A stretch of 64,000 nucleotides of DNA, taken from an uncultured Verrucomicrobiae bacterium (GTDB lineage Bacteria; Verrucomicrobiota; Verrucomicrobiia; Palsa-1439). The DNA lies in assembly GCA_963812605.1 (NCBI GenBank), contig CAWEWF010000005.1:96001-160000 (forward strand), given 5' to 3'. Positions within the stretch are counted from its first letter, which is position 1, and each line of letters begins with the position of its first letter. Shown piece after piece: positions 41,909 through 52,475 of this stretch. The position numbers and the translations under genes are program-made. Below the pieces are notes generated by a model, which saw nothing but the letters and a program-made list of their open reading frames with translations, was not told the DNA's origin and searched no databases.

Positions 41909-42962
41909 TCAAGCTCGTTTCGAGGCTTCTGTGGTGAGGAGTTGGCGCTTGCGTTGGAGGCCCCAGCGGTAGCCGGCGAGATCGCCATTCTTGCGGACGA
42001 CACGGTGGCAGGGGACGAGCACGGCGGCGGGATTCGTGGCGCAGGCGCGGGCGACGGCGCGGACGGCTTTGGGTCGGCCGACGGCTTTTGCGATCTGCTT
42101 GTAGGAACACGTCTCGCCGTAGGGGATCGACCGCAAGGCGGTCCAGACCCGCGATTGAAAGGCAGTTGCCCGGAGGTCCAGCGGGAGATCCAAGCGGGGG
42201 TGGTGACCATTGAGGTGGCGGAGGATTGAACGCGTCCAGGAATGAAGTTTTGATCCGCCGCGCTGGACATGGGCGGCGGGAAATTCCTCACGCAGTGAAT
42301 GCTCCAGAGCGCTGGCGTTATCGCCAAAACTGATCAGGCAAATCCCTTTATCCGTGGCCGCAACGAGCATACGTCCCAGGGTACATTTGGTGGTGAGGTA
42401 GTGGATACGAGTTTGGTTTCCGCCGTGACGGTAGCGAGTGGGCGTCATCCCGAGACGGGCCGCGGTCCGTTCGTAGGCGCGGCTGCTGGAACCGTAGCCG
42501 GCGGCGTACACGGCAGCCGTGGCGGATGGTCCCTGCTTGAGTTGATGTTTGAACCTGCGAAAGCGGCAGGCATCGGCGTAGGCGCGGGGCGAAACACCGA
42601 GGGCGCGCTTAAAGATGCGCTGCAAATGAAACGGGCTCAGGCTCACCTTGTCGCCCAACGCGGTAAGGCTGAGCGGTTCTTCGAGATCGGCTTCAATCAA
42701 TCGGCAAACCCGCGCCACCATCGCGGCGTGCGCGGAAACTTTGCGCGGATGGCAGCGGCGGCAGGCGCGAAATCCGTTTTGTTCAGCGGCGTCGCAGGTG
42801 GGAAAGAAGACGACCTGATGCCGCGCCGGTCGGCGGGCGGGACAGGACGGACGGCAGTAGATGCCGGTGGAACGCACAGCAAAGACGAATTGTCCGTCGG
42901 CATTCACGTCGCGGTGTTGCACGGCCTGCCAGCGCTGGTCATCGAGTTCAAGCTGTTTTCAT
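41909..42962 (-). CDS. ada: Bifunctional Ada regulator / O6-methylguanine-DNA methyltransferase (extra A near start)
   Basis: STGIYCRPSC, FRACRRC, AraC HTH, VPCHRVV. Confidence 0.95.
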
Positions 42963-43318
42963 CTGCTGACACGATACGCCTGAATTCGAAACGAGACTAT
43001 CCGCTTCTTGCGGTCAAAGTGGGGGATGAGGGGACACTGAGAGTACGAACGAATATCTTTCCTCTGGACATCGAATTCCGATAGTGGTAGGATTGGGCGT
43101 GTTTTTTTGATGAACTTACTTCGCGAGGACACTATGACGGACCAGGGCGCAACATCCCTCACCTCAATCCTTTGCCGTACACGACAACGGGTTTGCTGCG
43201 GGAATACGACGTGCAGCGGCTCGCTTCGCTCGTGCTCGGCTCCCCCAAGTGGAGAGGAGGGGAAATCCGCCTTCGCCAAGGCGGAACGCCGCGGGCGGGA
43301 CGCCCACGCCACTATCAG

Positions 43319-43571
43319 GGGGATCCGCCTTCGCCAGGGCTACGGCGCGACTCGCTGCTGTACGCAGCTCGGGGGCCCTATACGTTTCTGCGAAACGAAC
43401 CCACCGTTTTGCGAGGGCGATTTTGATGTATCATTTTTATTCACAGAAACTTATGCGGTTTGCAGCGGCATTTGCAGGTGGGTTCGTTTTGGAAAAACGA
43501 ACCCAATTTCGGGGGTCTGTGAGGTCGTTTTTATGGGAAAATGGGTTCGTTTCATGGAAACGAAGCCACTG
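43319..43571 (+). repeat. ~250-bp structured element with AAACGAACCCA motifs; inverted copy at 49577-49827
   Basis: Near-identical first ~90 bp, then conserved motif blocks with diverged spacers. Confidence 0.88.
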
Positions 43572-43807
43572 GGGAACCTCTTGCAGACATGGTTTGAAGA
43601 CGATGTTGGATTGGGTGCAACGGGGTCGGCTGCCACCATGCGGAACGACGGCAAGCGGGACGCTCGCCCTACAAGCGGAAGTGAACAGGTGTGACAGACG
43701 GGGCACCTTACCAAATGAAGGAAAAAAGCTCGCGGCGCTCACCGTGCTTGCGCGGCAGGCGGGTTTCGGGTTTGACGGGAGGGTGATACGAGGGTAATGC
43801 TAGGGGA

Positions 43808-45550
43808 GTGAATCCCGGAATTTTCGCGCGACCTTGGCGACCGTTGGCTCGTACGGGGGTTTGTCTTTGCGGGTTTATTTTACTGGCGGCGGAGGCGCGC
43901 GCGGTGAGCCTGACGCTGGTGGTGACCAACATCACCATGCCCTCGGGACGGACATTTCAGATGCCGTTGACCGGGTCCGATCCGGATGGGCAGCCGCTGA
44001 AGTTCTCCGCTACGGTCAGCAACAAGAAGGCGCTGACGGCGGTCCTGGCGCCCAGCACCAATCCCAGCCTGGTCTTCAACGTGAGCGGCGTGAACTCGAA
44101 CAACCAGGCCTTCACGGGGAACGTGGTCCTCCAGCTTTTTCGAGATCTCACGCCGCTGACGACGGGCCGCATCATCGACCTGGTCAACAGCAATTTCTAC
44201 AACGGCCTGATCTTTCAGCGGGTGATTGCGGGATTCGTGGCCCAGGGAGGCGGTTCGACAACCGATGTCAACTTCGAATCGGGGATGAGCTTCGATGATG
44301 AGTACGTCAGCTCGTTGATCTATGACGGGTTCGGCCAGTTGGGCATGGCCAATCAGGCTCCCACCCGCCACGATTCCAATAACTCACAGTTTTTCATCAC
44401 CGACGTGATTCTTTCGATCGACAATCCGACGAACCCCTCGCCCCAGAACCTGAATTTCGAGCAGCCGATTTTTGGACAACTGACAAGCGGCTTTGATGTG
44501 TTCTCAGAGATCATGTCGACGCCGGTAGGTTCGAATCCGAATAACCCGAATGAAATCAGCTTTCCGGTGTCGAACGTCGTCATCAATACGGCAATGATCA
44601 TCACCAACTCGCAGGACGGGGTGCTGCGGTTGACGGCGGCGCCGAAATTCACCGGTGTGGTGAACGTGACGGTCAGCGCGACGAATGCCGAGGATCAAGT
44701 CGCCACGGAAATGTTCTCGGTCAAGGTCATTATCGATACGAACAACAATTCGCCGCCGTTTCTCGGGCCGATTCCCAGCGACATTGTCCTCACGCAGAAC
44801 ACGGTGGCATCGTTCATCCTCAAGACCACGGACATTGACGGCGATCCCGTGCTCATCGCGGATGGCTATGGGGATTCGTTCCTGTCGACGATGAGCCTCC
44901 AAACCACACAGCCGCTGACGAACATCTTCACTACGTTCGATCTGCACACGCACCAGATTTGGTTCACGCCCGACGTGGCGCTCACCGGTGTGGTAAGCGT
45001 GGTCATCGGCGTGACGGACCCCGCGCATGACCCCAACCTTAATGTCCAGAACCCCGGTTATGACACGCAGATTTTTTCACTCACGTTTCTGCGGCGGAGC
45101 GCGTCGCCGACGATGATGATTACGTCGCTCAAGGGGAGCGTGCAGGATAGCACCAAGCCGGCCAGTGACAGCGTCAACGTGTCGGGCAAATTCACGTTCA
45201 TCGGAGAGTCCGACCACACATTCAGCAGCAATGACGTGATGGCGCTGATGCTTGGCGATCCGACGAATCCATTTACGATATCGATCGGACCGGAAAACAC
45301 CGGCTTCAAGTTTCGTAACGGTGACGTTAATGTAAGCGCGTCGGTGATCCCTGGGTTCTCCAGCAATGTGACCGTCTCGGCGCAGTTCAATAGCCGGAGC
45401 GGCACATTCAAGATCAAGCTCAAAGGCATTGACTTTCCGGTAGCGATCTCCAACCAGGTGCAGATTGGAATTGCGCTTGGTAACAATTACGGGACTGATA
45501 TTCGGACCTGGATCGAAAAAGGGCCCGGCTCGTTTGTGCCGTCGCCGTAA
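43808..45550 (+). CDS. Secreted cyclophilin-type peptidylprolyl isomerase with Ig-like domains
   Basis: FYNGLIFQRVIAGFVAQGG, LGMAN, NNSQFFIT, IFGQL; DPDG/DIDGD cadherin-like motifs. Confidence 0.88.
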   Translation: MNPGIFARPWRPLARTGVCLCGFILLAAEARAVSLTLVVTNITMPSGRTFQMPLTGSDPDGQPLKFSATVSNKKALTAVLAPSTNPSLVFNVSGVNSNNQAFTGNVVLQLFRDLTPLTTGRIIDLVNSNFYNGLIFQRVIAGFVAQGGGSTTDVNFESGMSFDDEYVSSLIYDGFGQLGMANQAPTRHDSNNSQFFITDVILSIDNPTNPSPQNLNFEQPIFGQLTSGFDVFSEIMSTPVGSNPNNPNEISFPVSNVVINTAMIITNSQDGVLRLTAAPKFTGVVNVTVSATNAEDQVATEMFSVKVIIDTNNNSPPFLGPIPSDIVLTQNTVASFILKTTDIDGDPVLIADGYGDSFLSTMSLQTTQPLTNIFTTFDLHTHQIWFTPDVALTGVVSVVIGVTDPAHDPNLNVQNPGYDTQIFSLTFLRRSASPTMMITSLKGSVQDSTKPASDSVNVSGKFTFIGESDHTFSSNDVMALMLGDPTNPFTISIGPENTGFKFRNGDVNVSASVIPGFSSNVTVSAQFNSRSGTFKIKLKGIDFPVAISNQVQIGIALGNNYGTDIRTWIEKGPGSFVPSP

Positions 45551-45584
45551 ATCTTTGTTGATGTGCGCACCGCAACCAACCGGC

Positions 45585-46364
45585 TCAGGGGAGAGAGTGA
45601 ATCTGGGAAATAGTGATCGTGGGCTGGAGGTGGGCGGCGTGTTCGTAACATTCGAGGGCCTCGCGGTAGCGTTCGAGCCGATTGTAGACGGCCCCCTTGC
45701 CGACGTAGGCATCCGCGAGGGAATCGTCCAATGCGAGGGCGTGGTCGTAGCTGGCGAGGGCTTCATCCAACCGCCCGAGTTGTTCGAGGGCCGCGGCTTT
45801 TTTTACGTGGGCTTTGACATGGTGACTGTCGAGGACGAGAACTTCCTCGAAGCAAACGAGGGCGCGGCCCGGTTGCTTCAGATCGAGGAGGGCTTCTCCC
45901 GTATCCAGCAGGGACGCGAGGCGTTGGATGATTCCATCGGCCGAAGGCGGTACGGGTGGCGGCCTCACCCGCGGGCGTGCGCGGTGCTGGATGGATCGCA
46001 AGGCTGCGCGAACGTAGAACAGGACGGCGACCAGGCTGGCCCCCAAAAGAATGCCGAGGATGATTGTAATGTTTAATTGAGTGCTAAGAGAGCGGACGGT
46101 TTCCGCGTTCTGCTTTGAGGAAGACGCGATCTGCCGCTGGGAATCCTGGACGATTTGAAGGGTGGCTTGCTGTTGCGATTGAATCTGGCCGACGACCTGC
46201 AGGGCAAGGTTTGCCAGACCCGATTTGTCATTGTGTGATGGCGCGACAACAGTTTCGACAACATTGGTCGAAGCTGTCGCGGAGGAGATGGAAAAAAGCG
46301 TGACTATTGCGCAGGCTAGCAAGCCCGCGCAACTCTGGATCCCGCGATACCTCCACGCGGTCAC
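45585..46364 (-). CDS. Membrane-anchored TPR protein
   Basis: Signal peptide, coiled coil, TM, TPRs (EALASYDHALALD, EALECYEHA). Confidence 0.8.
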   Translation of the reverse strand: MTAWRYRGIQSCAGLLACAIVTLFSISSATASTNVVETVVAPSHNDKSGLANLALQVVGQIQSQQQATLQIVQDSQRQIASSSKQNAETVRSLSTQLNITIILGILLGASLVAVLFYVRAALRSIQHRARPRVRPPPVPPSADGIIQRLASLLDTGEALLDLKQPGRALVCFEEVLVLDSHHVKAHVKKAAALEQLGRLDEALASYDHALALDDSLADAYVGKGAVYNRLERYREALECYEHAAHLQPTITISQIHSLP

Positions 46365-46512
46365 AAGGGGCTTCCGAAGCCGCCAGAGTAGAAAGGACAG
46401 GTGCGAAAAGCAACCTAAATAGTTCTCGCTAAACCCACAGCCCCAGCGGTTTCCTTCGTCGTGGCGGAGCCGTATTGAAGCAAGCCACGCGGGAAGAGTA
46501 TTCTTGGCAGTT

Positions 46513-47277
46513 ATGGATTCCCCTTGGCGTTACGTGATTTTATTTGGGACCGGCCTGGCGGCTGGATTTGTAGACACGGTTGCGGGCGGCGGAGGGCTGA
46601 TTACCTTGCCGGTGCTGCTGAGCCTTGGCTTGGCACCGCAGGACGCATTGGGGACGAATAAATTCCAATCATCTTTTGGCTCGGGCAGCGCAACATTTCA
46701 CTATGCCCGCGCCGGGGTGGTCGACCTCCAAGAATGCTGGCGGGGTATTTTGTTCACGCTCATCGGAACTTCGCTCGGGGCGCTGACGGTGTTGTGGATT
46801 GACCCGGCGTTTTTGAGGCAATTGATCCCAATCCTGCTGGTGGGGATCGCCCTTTACTTGTTGATGAAACCAAGAGTCGGGTTCGAAGAGATCCGGCCGC
46901 GGATGACAACCGGGATATTTTACCTGCTCTTTGGACTGGGCTTGGGATTTTACGATGGGTTCTTCGGCCCCGGCACCGGATCCTTCTGGGCCATGGCGTT
47001 CATGTGCTTTCTGGGGTTTAACATGACCAAGGCGACGGGCTACACCAAAGCGATGAACTTTACCAGCAACCTGTTCTCGCTGGTTATATTCATGGTCGGC
47101 GGGCGCGTCCACTACGACTACGGCGTGGTCATGGCGGCGGGACAACTGGTTGGTGCGCGTTTCGGTGCCCGTGCGGTGATCCAGCGGGGAACCAGGTTTA
47201 TTCGCCCGGTGTTCCTCACCGTGGTCATGGCCCTCACGCTGAAGCTGTTATACGATGGATATTCGTCGCCCCGGTGA
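46513..47277 (+). CDS. TSUP family transporter (YfcA-like)
   Basis: AGFVDTVAGGGGLITLP, LGTNK, GFYDGFFGPGTGSF. Confidence 0.92.
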   Translation: MDSPWRYVILFGTGLAAGFVDTVAGGGGLITLPVLLSLGLAPQDALGTNKFQSSFGSGSATFHYARAGVVDLQECWRGILFTLIGTSLGALTVLWIDPAFLRQLIPILLVGIALYLLMKPRVGFEEIRPRMTTGIFYLLFGLGLGFYDGFFGPGTGSFWAMAFMCFLGFNMTKATGYTKAMNFTSNLFSLVIFMVGGRVHYDYGVVMAAGQLVGARFGARAVIQRGTRFIRPVFLTVVMALTLKLLYDGYSSPR

Positions 47278-47307
47278 ACGAAATTGATCGCAAGCAGCCG
47301 ATGACCG

Positions 47308-48028
47308 TCACTTCATGGCGGTATACACGCGGTGGACGTTGTCATGTTCATCGATGGCGGTAAGGAAGGCGATGACTTCCGGGCGTTGCGCTTCGGGAAC
47401 TTCGACGGTGTTCTTGGCAACGTAACTCATCTCGGAAGCGGTGACCATCCAGCCGGTCTTTCGACAAGAACTTGCTCACGGCATCCAGGTCGGCGCGGTC
47501 GCAAAAAAAGCGCGCGCCGAGTTGGCCCTCCGGCACGTCATGAGTTTCCGTCTCGACGTTTTGCGCGCCGGCCTCGATGGCGACCGTTTCGAGGTCCTGC
47601 GCAGCATCCGCATGATGGGCCTCAACGACACCGACGTGGTTGAACATCCAGGCGACGCTGCCGATGGCGCCGAGTTGGCCGGCCTTGAAAAGCACGCGAA
47701 TCTCCGGCGCAGTACGGCTGCGATTATCGGTGAGGCACTCGACGATCACGGGGACCTTGTGCGGGGCGAAGCCTTCATAGGTGACGAGTTCGTAGTGGAC
47801 CTGCTCGCCCGTGAGGCCGGCGCCTTTTTTCACGGCCCGCTCGATGGTGTCGCGGGGCACGGAATGTTTCTTGGCAGCCTCAATGGCCGCGAACAACCGC
47901 GCGTTCAGGTCAGGATCGGCGCCGCCGGCTTTGGCCGCGACGACGATTTCCTTGGCGAGCTTGCCGAACACCTGTCCCCGTTTGAGCGCGCTCGCTTCAC
48001 GGCCCTTTTGCTTCCATTGTGCACCCAT
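47308..48028 (-). CDS. yebC: YebC/PmpR family protein (frameshift ~47460)
   Basis: [31 protein letters not shown]; the shifted frame ends [14 protein letters not shown]. Confidence 0.92.
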
Positions 48029-48148
48029 GGCGAGCCAGTCATAGCAGTCGGACAAAGGTATGTGCAAGCGCGAAGCGGAAGCTTTCGGGAAAGACGGTTG
48101 TCATGGTGAGCAATTGCGGTTATTTTATTCGGAAAGGAGAACTCGCTT

Positions 48149-48622
48149 ATGAAACGATTCAGCGTGACGATTGCAGTTGTTCTGGGTCTTTGCGCAGCCT
48201 GCGCTGTCAACGCGCCGGCCAAAGACAAAGATGACGACACCAAAGTCGGGGATACCGAGTTTACGGCGTACGACGGATCGCAAAGTTGGCCGACAGCCAG
48301 CAACCCGCAGATCAACAAGGAATATTCCATCCCGATTTACATCGGTCTGCCGGACAAGAGCTACAAGGTCGTTGGCCGCATTACCGACAAACGCCAGGAG
48401 GGCGTCGATGTCGTGGGCAAGGCGTTCGACGAAGGTCTCGGCTCGGAAAAACACCGGATGCGCAACTGCGCGAACCAGGCAAAACAGCACGGGGCTGATG
48501 CCGTGGTTGTCACCGATGACGAGAAAGTGATCAAGGTCTTCAATCTCACGAGGAAAGAATTGCACGAGTCCACGCCGCTCTTCAAGTACGAGCACAGTGT
48601 GGTGCTTGCGGTTAAGTTTTAG
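48149..48622 (+). CDS. Secreted/lipoprotein with YbjQ-like 'GADAV' domain
   Basis: Signal peptide, GGAG RBS, WPTA..PIYIGLPDKSYKVVG..AKQHGADAV. Confidence 0.7.
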   Translation: MKRFSVTIAVVLGLCAACAVNAPAKDKDDDTKVGDTEFTAYDGSQSWPTASNPQINKEYSIPIYIGLPDKSYKVVGRITDKRQEGVDVVGKAFDEGLGSEKHRMRNCANQAKQHGADAVVVTDDEKVIKVFNLTRKELHESTPLFKYEHSVVLAVKF

Positions 48623-48651
48623 CGGGTTGCTCGACAAGCTACTGCGACATC

Positions 48652-49135
48652 TCATCTTACCGAGGTAACGCGGAATTCCTGCGCGGGGCCGCGCGTCTGG
48701 AATTTAATGCAATCGCCGACTTTCTTGCCGAGCAGTTGCTGGCCGAGCGGGGATTCGGGAGTGATTACCAGGATTTCGTGTCCCTTGTGGTGGATCTCCA
48801 GGCCGCCGCCTTTCGGGCCGAGGAAATGGAGCGTTGCGCGTTCCCATGGATTCCAGTTCCACCAGCGCGGTGATGTCGATGGGTGTCTTGTCCTGGAACT
48901 TCAGAAGTTCGAGGGCCTGGTACACGGCGAGCGCTTGTTCGGTTTCCGTGGCCATGCGGGCCTGGGAACTGGCGAGGTAGGCCGTCTCCAGGCCGCGGGT
49001 ATCGTATTTGTCCTCGGGCTTGCTCTGCTCATCGGACGCATCGGCATGCATCGCCCGCGAGGCTCCCGCGAGGGTGGTCAACTGCTCGGTGAGCTGTTCG
49101 ATGATCAGCCCGACGATGGCGCGCTTGGAAATCAC
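48652..49135 (-). CDS. GreA/GreB-family protein (frameshift ~48835)
   Basis: EDKYDTRGLETAYLA; shifted frame FLGPKGGG..VITPESPLGQQLLGKKVGD. Confidence 0.85.
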
Positions 49136-49158
49136 AGCAATACGCCAATGTGACGGGC

Positions 49159-49374
49159 CTAACTCAGGCGGTAGACAATGCGGGCTTTGCTGAGGTCGTA
49201 CGGCGTCATTTCCATCTTCACGCGGTCGCCAATGGACAGGCGAATGAAGCGCTTGCGCATTTTGCCCGAGATATGGGCCAATACCTGGCGCTTGTTCTGC
49301 AGCTCGACATGAAACATCGTGCCCGGCAGGACTTTCGTCACCACACCTTCGACATCAACGAGTTGGTCCGTCAT
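49159..49374 (-). CDS. infA: Translation initiation factor IF-1
   Basis: [43 protein letters not shown]. Confidence 0.97.
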   Translation of the reverse strand: MTDQLVDVEGVVTKVLPGTMFHVELQNKRQVLAHISGKMRKRFIRLSIGDRVKMEMTPYDLSKARIVYRLS

Positions 49375-49576
49375 AATATTATTCACGATCGCTTTCGTTA
49401 CTACCCAGTTTCCCCCGGGCTCCGACCCCGGCAAGACGCATCAGTCGAACAGGCTCAGTCGGAACCCTTAATAAACCACAATCCACTGGATAACGCAAGC
49501 TACGAAATTGACACGTCGCGATGTCGTTCCCGTCTCTCCCGAACGTGGGAGGGACGTCACTGTCCCGACTCCCCGT

Positions 49577-49827
49577 CAGTGGCTTCGTTCCCTGGAGCGA
49601 CCCCATTTTTCAAAGAACACCCCTCATAAACCGCCCCAAATTGGGTTCGTTTTCCCAAAACGAACCCACCGATTGCTTTACGAATTTCCACCAGAACAAG
49701 CCCATTCATAAGTGGTTACATTAGAAACACCCTCAAAAAACGGTGGGTTCGTTTCGCAGAAACGTATACGGGCCCCGAGTTGCGCACAGCAGCGAGTCTC
49801 GCCGAAGCCCTGGCGAAGGCGGATCCC
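49577..49827 (-). repeat. Second copy of the AAACGAACCCA-motif element
   Basis: Reverse complement aligns to 43319-43571. Confidence 0.88.
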
Positions 49828-49991
49828 TCATTAGCGGCATAGGCAGCCTGGCCTTCGTAGCGTCCTCGCGAAGTAGGCTCCCCGCCCCGCAGTCTCCTGC
49901 TGTGCGAGTGGCATAGGCGTCCCGCCTGTGGCCTCCGCTCTGAGTGGCCCAGCCGTCTGCATCCGCCCATCCGCTGTAGCCGCGGTCGGTG

Positions 49992-51461
49992 CAGCCTGTC
50001 GGACTTATTGTAGATCATACGATGGAAGGTGGCATGGGCGGGTTCGGTTGCCAAGGATTCCTGTTGGTGCGAAGGTTGAGGCGTAACCCTCTCAATTGCC
50101 GCGACTCTGCTTGGCCAGTCTCCGACAATTGAAGGCCAACGCCAAGAGTTGCCACTCGGTTTGTACCTTGCGCAGTCCCCGCAAGTGAAACTGTCGAAAG
50201 CCCAGCACGCTTTTGAGAATCCCAATAACCGGTTCGACGGTGATGGCGCGCAGCCGATATAACGCGCGACCCGTGGCGCTCTCCAAGCGGGCCCGCATCC
50301 GCGCTCGCGCTTGGGCGGTGCGCCGTTGATGGCCGCGCGGTTGCCAGCCGCTCGGTGGTTGTGATGGAGCGGACTGGGGAGAACAGTACACCACCGTGCG
50401 TCCCTGGCGCTCGACCTGGGCGATCTGCCGTTGGTTGTCGAAGCCGGTGTCAGCCAGCACGGCGAAGGGGCAGCCGAGCGAGGGCGCAATCGCCGCCACG
50501 GTGGGCGCCAGTTGGCGTCGGTCACCGGGTTCATCGGTGACACGGGCGGCCACAATCAAGCCGCCGTCGGTGCTCACGGCCAATTGCGCGTTGTAGCCCT
50601 GGATGAATCCTTCGCGGGCCGTGGGCATCAGCCCACTGTCGGGGTCGGTGGTGTTGACACGATCCGTCGGTCGTGGCTCGGCGGGCAACCGACGAGGCGG
50701 ACGACCGGGTTGGTCGGGCGGGTAGTCTTGTTCGGCTTGACGCTGCGCAGCTCGTTGGCGGGTACGCTCGGCCAGTCGTTGGCGCGCGGCCTCCAGTTGC
50801 GCCCGACGGCTCCGACGGCAAGCCAAGGCGGGGGGCAAGCGCGTGCCGTCGTCGCCCTCGGTCGCATCGGCCTGCTCGGCTCGATCCAGCAGTTGATCAA
50901 CTTGCTGGCGCAGCGCGGCCAGTTCCTGTTGCACTTCCGCCTCGGTGCGCGTGGCCCGTTTGCTGGCGCTGGCGCGCAGCTTGGTTCCGTCCAGGCTCAC
51001 AACGCCCAACCGCAACAGCCCCAACTCGCGCGCCAGTTCCAACACCTGGACGAACACCGATTCGATCAGCGGCGTGTTCTCTCGACGAAACTTGGCGATG
51101 GTGTCGTGGTCGGGATGGGTATTGCCGCTGAGATAGCGCACGGACAGATGCCGATACGTCGCCTGCTCGATGCGCCGCGAGCTGAACAGGCCGCTAGCAT
51201 AACAGTACAACAGCACCGCCAGCATCATCGAGGGCGGATACTGTTCGCTGCCCGTGCCGCGGGCGTTGACGGCGGCCAAGCCCAGATCGCTGCTCTCGAC
51301 GGCTTCCAACACGAAGTGGGCAAGGTCATCATCGGCAATCCACTCGCGCAGATCCGGTGGCAACAGCATGGGGGTACAACGGTCAATATTGACGAAGCGA
51401 GCGCTCATGTCCCTTTAGAACTCCGATTGCTTCCCGCGTTCAACTTAAGTCCGACAGGCTG
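49992..51461 (-). mobile_element. Complete IS1182-family insertion sequence (1470 bp)
   Basis: Perfect 16-bp TIR CAGCCTGTCGGACTTA (49992-50007 / 51446-51461); flanking direct repeat CGGTG (49987-49991 / 51462-51466). Confidence 0.93.
50092..51408 (-). CDS. IS1182-family transposase
   Basis: LLPPDLREW, YPPSMML..SSRRIE, PDHDTIAKFR, LDGTKL, QGYNAQ, ADTGF, TVEPVIG. Confidence 0.95.
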   Translation of the reverse strand: MSARFVNIDRCTPMLLPPDLREWIADDDLAHFVLEAVESSDLGLAAVNARGTGSEQYPPSMMLAVLLYCYASGLFSSRRIEQATYRHLSVRYLSGNTHPDHDTIAKFRRENTPLIESVFVQVLELARELGLLRLGVVSLDGTKLRASASKRATRTEAEVQQELAALRQQVDQLLDRAEQADATEGDDGTRLPPALACRRSRRAQLEAARQRLAERTRQRAAQRQAEQDYPPDQPGRPPRRLPAEPRPTDRVNTTDPDSGLMPTAREGFIQGYNAQLAVSTDGGLIVAARVTDEPGDRRQLAPTVAAIAPSLGCPFAVLADTGFDNQRQIAQVERQGRTVVYCSPQSAPSQPPSGWQPRGHQRRTAQARARMRARLESATGRALYRLRAITVEPVIGILKSVLGFRQFHLRGLRKVQTEWQLLALAFNCRRLAKQSRGN

Positions 51462-51844
51462 CGGTGACCGCGGGTTCTCTTTAACAACAGCCTCCGGTTG
51501 TAGGGCACGCGGCCCGCGTGCCGCCGTGACACAGATAGCTCGGCCCTCAAAGCATCCTCGCGAAGCAGGCTTGAGCGTTCATCTGTTTCCCCGCAACTAT
51601 ACGCATCCCTCAACACCCTGTCCAGCAAAAAATATCGATTTACGATACTAGGGCAGAATCCGCAAGGTGTAGCCCCGTTTCCGTTCGGTTGTAGCTGCGC
51701 TTCTGTGAAGCGCAGATTCTGCGGCCCTTACGGATTCTGATTTGAGACATTTGAAGTCGCGATTTGCGATTTCAAATTTGGAACTCTGCCGCCGCATCGG
51801 TTTCAAGTAGCCGAGCCATCGCTCGCAAACGGCAAAATGGTGAA

Positions 51845-52099
51845 TCAGACCCGGGCATCGTAGGCGTCGTGCGTGCCAATCCAATACCACACGATCAGGT
51901 CACCGCTTTCTTGGCCGAGTGCGCGATATTTCTGCGTGATACGAATTGACCAGACACCAGGACGGACTTCCTTGAAATGGAGCGCCGCATGGAACGGATG
52001 CTCCCGCCAAAGCCGGTATTTCTCCCGCGCGAGTTCCTGGATTTCGACGGGCAACTTCTCAAAACACTTCCAGAACGATGGCAGCGTTTTTGATTTCAA
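51845..52099 (-). CDS. RelE/ParE-superfamily (HigB-like) toxin
   Basis: FWKCFEKLP..HPFHAALHFK..WSIRI..YRALG..WYWIGTHDAYD. Confidence 0.87.
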   Translation of the reverse strand: MKSKTLPSFWKCFEKLPVEIQELAREKYRLWREHPFHAALHFKEVRPGVWSIRITQKYRALGQESGDLIVWYWIGTHDAYDARV

Positions 52100-52302
52100 G
52101 GTGGTTCAGAGAGCGGACCACGTTTGATCTCTTCATTGACCCGGTCGGGGACACCCCGGTAGCGCCCGCCTGGACCAAAGTCCTCGGCCATCTTCCTGTC
52201 CCAGTCGTCGTCTTCCCACCCGTTGAACCACTTCGCGATCCGACCCCGCTCGGACAAGGACAGCTTCTCAATTGCCGTTTGGATTTCCTCGACGGTGCTC
52301 AT
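52096..52302 (-). CDS. Cognate antitoxin
   Basis: MSTVEEIQTAIEKLS..WDRKMAED; overlaps the toxin start; extended -10 TGCTATAAT 7 nt upstream. Confidence 0.82.
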   Translation of the reverse strand: MSTVEEIQTAIEKLSLSERGRIAKWFNGWEDDDWDRKMAEDFGPGGRYRGVPDRVNEEIKRGPLSEPP

Positions 52303-52475
52303 GCATGAAATTATAGCACCAGCGGCCTTAGTCTTCAATATAAGCCTCAAGGATTTGAAGTTGTCGATTTGAAGGTTGGTAATCATTGCAGCCTACGATC
52401 GTTATCAAACCGTGAGGCATTCGTCACACCAAACGAAAGTCGCGCCCGTTTTCGCCTTTCCTTATGCTCAAGATT

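Noticed and set aside
43107-43797. ORFs of 195 and 182 aa over the intergenic repeat cluster (also 49716-50555)
   Set aside because: Translations of repeat DNA (KRTH/ETNP peptides) with no protein features
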